Assembly (NCBI GenBank): GCA_965226385.1
Contig: OZ245359.1
Span: 1,097,116 to 1,161,115 of the forward strand
Direction: 5' to 3'
Length of the DNA: 64,000 bases
Origin: Bryobacterales bacterium
GTDB taxonomy: Bacteria; Acidobacteriota; Terriglobia; Bryobacterales; UBA6623
In this document: in pieces, positions 39,649 through 47,563 of the stretch
How the letters are laid out: each line of letters starts with the position of its first letter
How positions within the stretch are numbered: position 1 is the first letter of the stretch
Made by a program: the position numbers and the translations under genes
The notes under the pieces: model-generated
Told to the model about the DNA's origin: nothing
The model's database searches: none
Seen by the model: only the letters and a program-made list of their open reading frames with translations

Positions 39649-42045
39649 CTAGGCATAGGGCTGATTTATCACAATTGGCTGGTAAAGGTATTTCTGGAAC
39701 CCGGAGAAAACCTGTCCGATCTCTTCCGGCCTGCCCAAGTCTGCCACTGCGTCGGCGATGGCGTTGTTGTATCTGAGCTTCAGCAAGGCTGACAACTTCT
39801 GCTGATCCAATTCCTGCACGCCAACATTCACGTACTGAGCGAGGACAAACTCCAGGAACGCTTCCTGCTTGCTGTTGAAGTGGGCATGAATCGCTACTTT
39901 AGCTCTGGTGGCCCGCTCCTCGCGGGTGAGCGGTGGCAGGGCGTAGGCGACATTCGCCAGAACGTCGAAAAGATCGCTCTGCTCGGCGTCGATAATCCGT
40001 TGCATCTCAGCCATCTGTTCTCTGCCGAAGCCTTTCTCAGCCAGCCCCTCTAGCAGCTTGGCTCTCGTATCGGGAGCGCTCCAGAGGGCGCGCAGTTCGG
40101 CCTCGTTCTTGAAAAACTCCGGCAGCTTGCCGAACAGCTCCTCCAGGAACTGTTGCGCGTGCATGGGCGTCCCGTCGGGATGCCAGAAGCTGGTTGCCAT
40201 CATGTGCTGAATGGTGCGCTCTTTGCCGTCCGCCAGTTTCACCTTGGCTTTTTTCTTGCAGACGCAAGGACGCTGGCCGCATTTGAGACAAGGCTCCCGT
40301 TCGCATTCGCATGGCCGCTTGCCGCAATCAGGACAGGGCTCTTGCGGTGGCTTTTCGCACTGGCAAGGCTGGCACTTGCACTTCGGGCACGGCTCCGGTT
40401 CCAGCGGCTCGCCATCCCACTCGGGATCGTTGAAGTGGTGATGCGCCTTCACAAAATCGTAGATCGTGAAGTAATCCTTCCCGTCATACAGCCGCGTGCC
40501 GCGCCCGATGATCTGCTTGAATTCGATCATCGAGTTGATCGGACGCATCAGCACGATGTTGCGGATATTGCGGGCATCCACGCCGGTCGAAAGTTTTTGT
40601 GAAGTGGTCAGAATGGTGGGAATGCTCTTCTCGTTGTCCTGAAAGGACCGCAGGTGCAGCTCGCCCAGACTGCCGTCGTTGGCCGTCACCCTCTGGCAGT
40701 AATTGGGGTCGTTGCTGGTCTTCATCTGGTTGACGAGGTCGCGCACGGCCAGCGCGTGGTTCTGCGTGGCGCAGAAGACCAGCGTCTTCTCGCTCTGGTC
40801 TATCTGCTCCATGAACACCTTCACCCGGTGCGCTTCGCGTTCCCTGATTTCGATGATCTTGTTGAAATCGTCTTCCGTGTAGCGTTTCCCGGCTTCAATC
40901 TCGCCTTCGATCAACTCGTCATCGGTCGTATAGACATAATCATCCAGCGTGGTGGAAATCTGCTTGACCTTGAAGGGCGTCAGAAAGCCGTCGTTGATGC
41001 CCTCCTTCAGCGAATAGACATACACCGGCTCGCCGAAGTAGGCGTAGGTATCCACGTTGTCCTGGCGTTTCGGTGTGGCGGTCAGGCCGAGCTGCACGGC
41101 GGGGCTGAAGTATTCCAGGATGCCGCGCCAGTTGCTCTCGTCGTTCGCTCCGCCGCGATGGCACTCGTCGATCACGATAAAGTCGAAAAAGTCCGGCGGA
41201 TACTCGCCGAAATAGGGCGAGGGCTGGCCGTCCTTGGGCGGGCCGCTCATGAACGTCTGGAAGATGGTGAAGAATAGGCTGGCGTTCTTTGGGACCTTGC
41301 CTTTCTTGCGGATTTCTCCCGGCGAAATTCGCGCCATCGCGTCTTCGGGAAATGCGGAGAAGGCGTTGTAGGCTTGGTCGGCCAGAATATTGCGGTCCGC
41401 CAGGAACAGTATGCGCGGACGGCGCGACCCTTCGCGGGTCAGATTCCAGCGGCTGTAGAAGAGCTTCCAGGCAATCTGAAAGGCGATGAACGTCTTGCCC
41501 GTGCCCGTCGCCAATGTGAGCAGGATGCGATCTTTCTCGGCGGCGATGGCCTCCATCGCCCGTTCGATTGCCAGGTCCTGATAATAGCGTGCCTGGAAAA
41601 ATCCGCCCCTGTCCTCAAAAGGGACCTTGGCGAAGCGATCCCGCCAGGCGTTTGCTTCGGCGAAGGTCAGGTTCCACAGTTCTTCGGGGGAAGGAAATTG
41701 AGGGATTTCACCCTCCGTTCCCTCCTTCATGTCGATGCCGTAGATGCCTTGACCGTTGGTGGAGTAGGGATAGCGGACAGCGAGCTTCCCGGCGTAGCTC
41801 TTCGCCTGCCCGACCCCTTCGGTCAAAGGCTTGTCCCAAGCCTTGGCCTCCACCACTGCCAGCTTGTGGTTGCGATACACCAGGATGTAGTCGGCTATGT
41901 CCGGCTTGGCCCGCTTCCCGTGGCCTTCGATTCGGCCCAGCGTGATGTGATACTCGCGCAGGATGCGGCTGCCCTCATCCACGCCCCAGCCCGCCGCCTT
42001 GAGGGCTGGATCGATATGCTCGGCTCTGGTGTCGGCTTCGTTCAT
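39649..42045 (-). CDS. hsdR: Type I restriction endonuclease subunit R (EcoEI-like, with Cys-rich insert)
   Basis: 798 aa.
- N-terminal nuclease: MNEADTRAEHIDPALKAAGW...PDIADYILV...LAVVEAKA, PD-(D/E)xK-like
- SF2 helicase motifs: LATGTGKT, VIDECHRG
- C-terminal EcoEI_R_C-like helical domain. Confidence 0.9.
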   Translation of the reverse strand: MNEADTRAEHIDPALKAAGWGVDEGSRILREYHITLGRIEGHGKRAKPDIADYILVYRNHKLAVVEAKAWDKPLTEGVGQAKSYAGKLAVRYPYSTNGQGIYGIDMKEGTEGEIPQFPSPEELWNLTFAEANAWRDRFAKVPFEDRGGFFQARYYQDLAIERAMEAIAAEKDRILLTLATGTGKTFIAFQIAWKLFYSRWNLTREGSRRPRILFLADRNILADQAYNAFSAFPEDAMARISPGEIRKKGKVPKNASLFFTIFQTFMSGPPKDGQPSPYFGEYPPDFFDFIVIDECHRGGANDESNWRGILEYFSPAVQLGLTATPKRQDNVDTYAYFGEPVYVYSLKEGINDGFLTPFKVKQISTTLDDYVYTTDDELIEGEIEAGKRYTEDDFNKIIEIREREAHRVKVFMEQIDQSEKTLVFCATQNHALAVRDLVNQMKTSNDPNYCQRVTANDGSLGELHLRSFQDNEKSIPTILTTSQKLSTGVDARNIRNIVLMRPINSMIEFKQIIGRGTRLYDGKDYFTIYDFVKAHHHFNDPEWDGEPLEPEPCPKCKCQPCQCEKPPQEPCPDCGKRPCECEREPCLKCGQRPCVCKKKAKVKLADGKERTIQHMMATSFWHPDGTPMHAQQFLEELFGKLPEFFKNEAELRALWSAPDTRAKLLEGLAEKGFGREQMAEMQRIIDAEQSDLFDVLANVAYALPPLTREERATRAKVAIHAHFNSKQEAFLEFVLAQYVNVGVQELDQQKLSALLKLRYNNAIADAVADLGRPEEIGQVFSGFQKYLYQPIVINQPYA

Positions 42046-42054
42046 GCGTTGGCT

Positions 42055-43260
42055 CTACAGTGCTCCGGTGAATGCTTGATGCAGCAGCGATTTCTTCAAC
42101 TCCTTCAACGCGGTGAGCTTTTGCTGGTAGATGGATTCGAGCCGTTGGGTTTTTTCGTCGAGGTCGGTAAGCTTAGAAACCATAGCACGTTGCGTGGAAA
42201 CCGATGTCGGGAATGAAACCACCACCTCTCCAATTTTTCTCGGTGACGTATGGCGCACTTTCACGCCGGATGCGCTACTGTGAATTTGTTTCCGTACGGC
42301 CCTCGTGTTGAAGACATGGAAGAAGAACTTATTCGTCCACGGGACCTCCGGCTTCTTGCTGACGAGTCCGAGCCGCTGGTTGTGCAGGAACCTGTTTGAC
42401 TGGGGAATAAGGATGGGGCTACCAAGCAATCCCGCTGCCTGCTCTGTCATTGCGATCAGCATATCGCCTTTCTCCAAGATATAACCCGGCGGAATTTCAC
42501 CGCAGTAATACTTCTGCTTTTCGCCACGGTCTCGATAGCCCCCGGACTCATAGAAATTGCCGGGCGTTAGCATGACGTAATCACCTTGATCAGTGAAAAA
42601 TTCACTCTTAAAGGCGAAGCCGTGCTTTATATCGCACAATTCCGCCAACGGCTTCTCCACCCACCCCTCTCCGCGCTGGGTGAAGACGGCATTCAGGTGG
42701 CTCTCGAAGACGGCGCGGGCGTTTTGGAGGTTCTTTTCGGCGTTGGCTTCGGCGGTGGCGATACCCTCGAGCGCCTCGTCCAGAATGCCGACAATCCGCC
42801 GCTGTTCGGGGATGGGCACAACTGGAACGCCAGTGTTCCTGATCTTGATTTGGGAAATATTAGGTTGCGCATTTCCAGCGGCTTGCGCCACCAATTCATC
42901 CTTACGAGACAAAAATAGGTAGAAGAGGAACTCAGGGACAACATGCTTGCTTGGGAAGATTCCGCAGACCGCCTGATTAGTCGCCGCTTCAAATCTCAAG
43001 ATGCCGACCTGTCCGGCGGTTGCACCGTACATTGCCACCAAGACTGTGTCCTTCGGGAAAACTTTTGCGGCGGATTCTTCCAATCCTTTCTGCGTGATAA
43101 ATTTGGTCGCTTCTCGGACTTCGCCTTGGCTGACCTCTCCACTCAGAAGCCACGGAATTATTCCGCCTTCGTAATACTCTTTTTTCGCCTTCAACGGTGT
43201 GCCGCCTGAGCCCGTCTGGCAGAGGTCACCCAATTTCTTGACTGGCCAACCCGCTTTCAT
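42055..43260 (-). CDS. hsdS: Type I R-M specificity subunit S
   Basis: 401 aa with two target-recognition-domain halves. Each is followed by a conserved helical spacer (...PEQRRIVGILDEALEGIATAEANAEKNLQNARAVFES... and ...TQRAMVSKLTDLDEKTQRLESIYQQKLTALKELKKSLLHQAF). The start overlaps the hsdM stop (ATGA). Confidence 0.85.
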   Translation of the reverse strand: MKAGWPVKKLGDLCQTGSGGTPLKAKKEYYEGGIIPWLLSGEVSQGEVREATKFITQKGLEESAAKVFPKDTVLVAMYGATAGQVGILRFEAATNQAVCGIFPSKHVVPEFLFYLFLSRKDELVAQAAGNAQPNISQIKIRNTGVPVVPIPEQRRIVGILDEALEGIATAEANAEKNLQNARAVFESHLNAVFTQRGEGWVEKPLAELCDIKHGFAFKSEFFTDQGDYVMLTPGNFYESGGYRDRGEKQKYYCGEIPPGYILEKGDMLIAMTEQAAGLLGSPILIPQSNRFLHNQRLGLVSKKPEVPWTNKFFFHVFNTRAVRKQIHSSASGVKVRHTSPRKIGEVVVSFPTSVSTQRAMVSKLTDLDEKTQRLESIYQQKLTALKELKKSLLHQAFTGAL

Positions 43261-44711
43261 AGCAACCCTCGAATGGTTTGCAGCACCTTTGCGCTCTCAG
43301 CGTCTAGCGCGGCGATCTCGTCCATGATCTCTTCCGGGCTGCGGTGCGCCACTTCCTCGCCGCCGTTCGGGTTCTTCACGGAGAGGTCGAAGGTTGTCTG
43401 GTCAATGTTCTTGGCGTCCACGCTCCAGGAATTGGGCGAGTCGGCGAAGGTCTTTTGCAGCTTCACAAACTCCTTGAGATCATCATCATTGAGCGGGTTC
43501 GTCTTGCCGAGGTTGCGTCCGGGATCGAGTTGGTAGAACCAGACCTTGCGCGTGGGCGCGCCCTTCTCAAAGAAGAGCACCACGGTCTTCACCCCCGCGC
43601 CCTGGAACGTTCCACCTGGGCAATCGAGCACGGTGTCGAGGTTGCAACTTTCCAGCAGCATTTGCCGCAGGTTCACGGAGGCGTTGTCGGTGTTGGAGAG
43701 AAACGTGTTCTTGATGACCACGCCGCCGCATCCCCCCGCCTTGAGCATCTTGATGAAATGCTGCAGGAAGAGAAACGCCGTCTCGCCGGTGCGGATGGGA
43801 AAGTTTTGCTGGATTTCCTTCCGCTCCTTGCCTCCAAAGGGCGGATTGGCCAGCACTACGTCGTAGCGGTCCTTTTCCTGAATATCGGCAAGGTTTTCCG
43901 TAAGCGTATTGGTATGGACGATGTTCGGAGCCTCGATTCCGTGCAGGATCATGTTCATGATCGCAATCACGTAGGCCAGCGACTTCTTCTCCTTCCCATA
44001 GAATGTGCGGTTTTGAAGAATGGTCAAGCCCCTCGTGGTCAGATTGCGTTTTGATTCCAGGTAATTGAACGACTCGCACAAGAAGCCCGCCGACCCGCAG
44101 GCCCCGTCATAGATACGGTCGCCAATCTTGGGTTTCACAACCTGCACAATGGCGCGAATCAGGGGGCGCGGCGTGTAATACTCTCCGCCGTTCCGCCCGG
44201 CGTTGCCCATGTTCCTGATCTTGGCTTCGTAGAGATGGCTCAACTCGTGTTTCTCGGTCTGCGAGCGGAAGCGCAGTTCGTCGATGTGGTCGATAATCTC
44301 GCGGAGGTTGTAGCCGCTCTGAATCTTGTTCTTGATCTCTCCGAAAATCTCGCCGATTTTGTATTCGATGGTGTCCGGCCCGCTGGCCTTCTGCTTGAAG
44401 CCGTGCAGATAGGGAAAGAGCTTGTCGTTGGCGAAGTCCCGGAGATCATCGCCCACCATCGCCTTGTTGTAGTTGATTTTGCCGTTCTTGCCCTTGGGAG
44501 CGGCCCACATTTCCCACCGAAAGCGCTTGTCGAGGATGAAGGTGTGCTTCTTTTCCTTCAGCCCGGCTTCAAGCACCTTGTCCTGCTCCAGCGCGTCCAG
44601 ATATTTCAGGAACAGGAGCCATGAGGTTTGCTCGGTATAGTCGAGTTCCGTGGTGCAACCGGCCTCTTTTCTGAGGACATCATCGATATTTTTGAAGGCT
44701 TGTTCAAACAT
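43257..44711 (-). CDS. hsdM: Type I R-M N6-adenine DNA methyltransferase subunit M
   Basis: 484 aa with an HsdM_N-type N-terminus (FKNIDDVLRKEAGCTTELDYTEQTSWLLFLKYLD). The SAM motif is IYDGACGSAGFL and the catalytic motif is LANPPFGG. Confidence 0.9.
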   Translation of the reverse strand: MFEQAFKNIDDVLRKEAGCTTELDYTEQTSWLLFLKYLDALEQDKVLEAGLKEKKHTFILDKRFRWEMWAAPKGKNGKINYNKAMVGDDLRDFANDKLFPYLHGFKQKASGPDTIEYKIGEIFGEIKNKIQSGYNLREIIDHIDELRFRSQTEKHELSHLYEAKIRNMGNAGRNGGEYYTPRPLIRAIVQVVKPKIGDRIYDGACGSAGFLCESFNYLESKRNLTTRGLTILQNRTFYGKEKKSLAYVIAIMNMILHGIEAPNIVHTNTLTENLADIQEKDRYDVVLANPPFGGKERKEIQQNFPIRTGETAFLFLQHFIKMLKAGGCGGVVIKNTFLSNTDNASVNLRQMLLESCNLDTVLDCPGGTFQGAGVKTVVLFFEKGAPTRKVWFYQLDPGRNLGKTNPLNDDDLKEFVKLQKTFADSPNSWSVDAKNIDQTTFDLSVKNPNGGEEVAHRSPEEIMDEIAALDAESAKVLQTIRGLL

Positions 44712-45880
44712 GAAAAAGAGTCCCGTAGGTATTGAGCGTCAATAGTGGCCGGTCAGGCCGGCTCCTGGGCTTTCGAGTGGGCTTGGTCAATCAGCACACA
44801 CGAAAATACCTCTGGCTTGCTTGGCGTTTTGGCCTTCGGTTGGAAGACGGCTGTCGCAAAGGTTTGGATACCTGCAGGTTTTGCAACTGCAAAGTTTACC
44901 GCATTCGGGAACCGTATGCTGTGGGAATTGGATGCGTTGACGAGCCCGTTCTGCCCCTTGAATCCTGATTCAGCCTTCTTCCGGCCTGCGGGCTACGTTC
45001 GAATAGACGAATGGCACGAATCCGGGAGATAAAATGGCCTTACTGATGCTGGTTTTCATCGTCGGCTGGAAGACGGCGTCGGTGTCGGCGCTGCACCGCG
45101 ACATGGACCTGCGTCACCCGCGCCGCCATGGAGACGGTGCCGGCGCGCAGGACGCGGAGGGATGGACCTATGCGACGGGGGATGGGATCGAGGTAACGGT
45201 GACGTTCAGCGAAACGGTGAAGGTGGAGTGGAGGCCATCAAGCGCTGGTATCGCAACGACTGGATCGCGCTCGACAACAGGCTGCACAGCCCGTAGAGCA
45301 TTGCCGTGACAGCAACTACCGTCAAGAAACCGTCAGAAAACTCGCCAAGCAAGCGGGCTAGCCGTAGGCGTTGCGAGCGAAAGCAGACGCCCCAAAACCG
45401 TGTAAGAGCAACGAAAGGAAGGAATTGGGAGAAAAACGTCGAAGACGCCCACTCGTCTTACAAACAGGTCACCGCGACGGCCAAACCATCAAGCGATTTA
45501 GTTTCCGCCGCGCTATGCGCTCCGGCCGTGCGTTAGACGAGCGTTTCGAGCGGACACAAGAGCGGCGCAACCTCGGCGCAGCACAACCCGTGATCTTCCA
45601 TTCGCAGCACGCACAGGTTGCCACCCCACTCGCTGGCCTCGGACTCACCGACTCCAGGCGATGATCGCTCGGGCAACTTGTCCGCGGCCGTCTTCGACGG
45701 TCTAATGGAATCCCGTTCAGAAAGAGGGGTGCGATAAGGGGATTGCCGTGGGCCGGTTGCCAGTATATCTATTAATATGAATTACTTATAGACGATATGT
45801 GGTTAAAGCTGCCACAGCCCAAATAGTCCGAAACTTCGTAGATACTCCATTTTTTCCTACATGTCGCAGGGCAGCCCTTG

Positions 45881-47503
45881 CTATTCCGCAAAATACCCGG
45901 GACGAGCCCGCACTTGGGCGCCTGTCTGGTTCACCCGGATCTTTACCTTGCGCCAATCCCCGTTGAATACTTGGTTGGAGGGATAATAGGCAATCCCGTA
46001 GACACTTCGCATCTCCTGGGCCAACAGTGGCAATACCGGTTCAATATCAGCCACAGAGCGTGCCGAAAACACCCTCCCTCCAGTCTTTTTTGCCAAAGAA
46101 TCCAGTTGCTTGTAAGCCTTGCCAGACCAGTTCCTACCGAACCGTTCTCCCGAGAGCAGGAAGATCGGATAAATCCGGACATCCATTTCCCCTGCTGCCT
46201 GAATCAGTCGGGAGGCACGTAACACGGATGGAAGTGCTTGCTCGCTGATGCGGTTATCAATGCCATCACTAATAACAATCAGCGCATTCCGTTCCCCTGA
46301 ATGCTTGTCTAGTTCCTCGTCATAGGAAAGCATTATTGCATCCCACAGAGGCGAACCACCACTCGGATATGGCAGTCTGTTGCTACGAATACGAACCAGT
46401 TCATGATTAGTTGTCAGTGCAACGAGTCTGTGAAACATTCCCCCAGCCATGGCATAAATCGCTATGCGGTCATGGCTGCCTGCCAGATCAATCAGGCGTA
46501 TCACTGCCTCCCGGATATGACCCAGGTCCAGGCTGGTACTACCACTGAGATCCAGCAGAATGGCCATATTGAAGGGTGATTCCTCGGGATCAACTACCTG
46601 CACTTTCTGTTGCACGTTGTCTTCTTCCACACTGAAAGCCTGCTGTGAAAGTCCAGTCAGTGGATGCCCTTCACTGTCACTGACTGCCACACTCATGTTG
46701 ACCATACGGACCTCGGAAGTGAACAACGCATCGTTTCCTGTCTGAGGTCCTGTAACTTCTGTCAATGTCTCCGGCACCTCCAGCCTGTCACGTTGCGGTG
46801 CTGCAACTGAGCCCTTATGTCGTCGAAGTTCAGCCTGCGCAAGCAAGCGTTCAACCGATTCCCGTGCATCCGTGTGTGGCTTGATTGGCCAATCCTCTGG
46901 CATAGGCCAGTTGCGAATGGTTAAAACAGCAGGCTTGTGCAGTTGCACCCTGATTTCGCCATACGCTGAACCCGGTGAGTGCAGTTTGTCGAATAAACTC
47001 CACATCGTAAGTCTTGGACGGATAACCACCACGTGATGCATGAATTTTTTAGGCTTGGGCAGATCCAGGCTGGACGGTCGAAAACTTGATGAAATATTGA
47101 CTCTGGTGATATCAAGAGGAGCCTCAATCGTCAGTGCTCCCGTTAAACTCCTGACCTCAGTTTTTCGCACCATGCCAACAATGGTGATATCTCCGTCCTC
47201 GGTCACAACATTGAAAGGAGCACCCAGCGGGACATGGGCTTCAATGTCAACAGGCTCATCACCTTGCGGCAATGCATCGAACTGGATACTGACTGGGGAG
47301 CGTCTAACAGCAATATCATCGCTGGCTGTATCTTGCGCTCCCGCACGCCAGACACTAACTCGATTTCCCGTGATAACCTCGACATGCACGGACCCGTAAT
47401 CATTGCGGATTTCAAGTGGCTGGGCTAGAGCGGAAACACCCAACCCCAGGATGACCATGATTCTCGGCAGCATAACGCGAGTTCTTCTTACATTCTGGAA
47501 CAT
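45881..47503 (-). CDS. VWA-domain protein (acidobacterial VWFA-related type) with an N-terminal beta-rich domain
   Basis: ORF trimmed to the ATG at 47503 (MFQNVRRTRVMLPRIMVILGLGVSALAQ signal). The MIDAS motif is ILLDLSGSTS. The C-terminus ...YGIAYYPSNQVFNGDWRKVKIRVNQTGAQVRARPGYFA is typical of the acidobacterial VWA family. Confidence 0.8.
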   Translation of the reverse strand: MFQNVRRTRVMLPRIMVILGLGVSALAQPLEIRNDYGSVHVEVITGNRVSVWRAGAQDTASDDIAVRRSPVSIQFDALPQGDEPVDIEAHVPLGAPFNVVTEDGDITIVGMVRKTEVRSLTGALTIEAPLDITRVNISSSFRPSSLDLPKPKKFMHHVVVIRPRLTMWSLFDKLHSPGSAYGEIRVQLHKPAVLTIRNWPMPEDWPIKPHTDARESVERLLAQAELRRHKGSVAAPQRDRLEVPETLTEVTGPQTGNDALFTSEVRMVNMSVAVSDSEGHPLTGLSQQAFSVEEDNVQQKVQVVDPEESPFNMAILLDLSGSTSLDLGHIREAVIRLIDLAGSHDRIAIYAMAGGMFHRLVALTTNHELVRIRSNRLPYPSGGSPLWDAIMLSYDEELDKHSGERNALIVISDGIDNRISEQALPSVLRASRLIQAAGEMDVRIYPIFLLSGERFGRNWSGKAYKQLDSLAKKTGGRVFSARSVADIEPVLPLLAQEMRSVYGIAYYPSNQVFNGDWRKVKIRVNQTGAQVRARPGYFAE

Positions 47504-47552
47504 GATGCAGCGGCCATGCCTTGCCAAGCGAACCTTCGCGCTAATCTGGTTC

Positions 47553-47557
47553 AGGAG
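47553..47557 (+). promoter_or_regulatory. Shine-Dalgarno (AGGAG) for the proposed GTG start of selB
   Basis: AGGAG lies 6 nt upstream of the in-frame GTG at 47564. Confidence 0.4.
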
Positions 47558-47563
47558 TCCAGT

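Larger units (their letters stand above)
38165..45720. mobile_element. remnant of an integrative (probably conjugative) genomic island carrying a Type I R-M system
   Basis: G+C is higher than the flanks; sampled lines gave 52-72%, mostly upper 50s and above. It contains an integrase 3' stub, a broken coupling-protein-like gene, intact hsdRSM, and about 1 kb of ORF-poor DNA. The boundaries are approximate and no att repeats were identified. Confidence 0.5.

Noticed and set aside
40153-44624. Long plus-strand ORFs inside hsdR/hsdS/hsdM (e.g. 40654..41277, 41374..42216, 43344..44054, 44235..44624)
   Set aside because: They are antisense to genes with unambiguous Type I R-M motifs, and their translations are Leu/Arg/Gly/Val-rich off-frame artefacts of G+C-rich DNA.
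44732-45664. ORFs 44732..44968, 44745..45032, 45034..45309, 45306..45536 and 45371..45664 as real island cargo genes
   Set aside because: They overlap each other and lack RBSs. Their translations are either highly basic low-complexity or contain only short protein-like ghosts. I treat them as decay products; see the finding on 44712-45880.
38180-45830. Direct repeats marking the island's att sites (e.g. TGCCACA at about 38179 and about 45810)
   Set aside because: Only 7 nt are shared, which is well within chance. I could not identify convincing flanking repeats by eye.
47516-47563. ATG 47516 as the selB start
   Set aside because: It would leave a 12-nt divergent intergenic region with the VWA gene, and the 16 extra residues (MPCQANLRANLVQESS) are not SelB-like. 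GTG 47564 with AGGAG upstream fits better. This is not proven.
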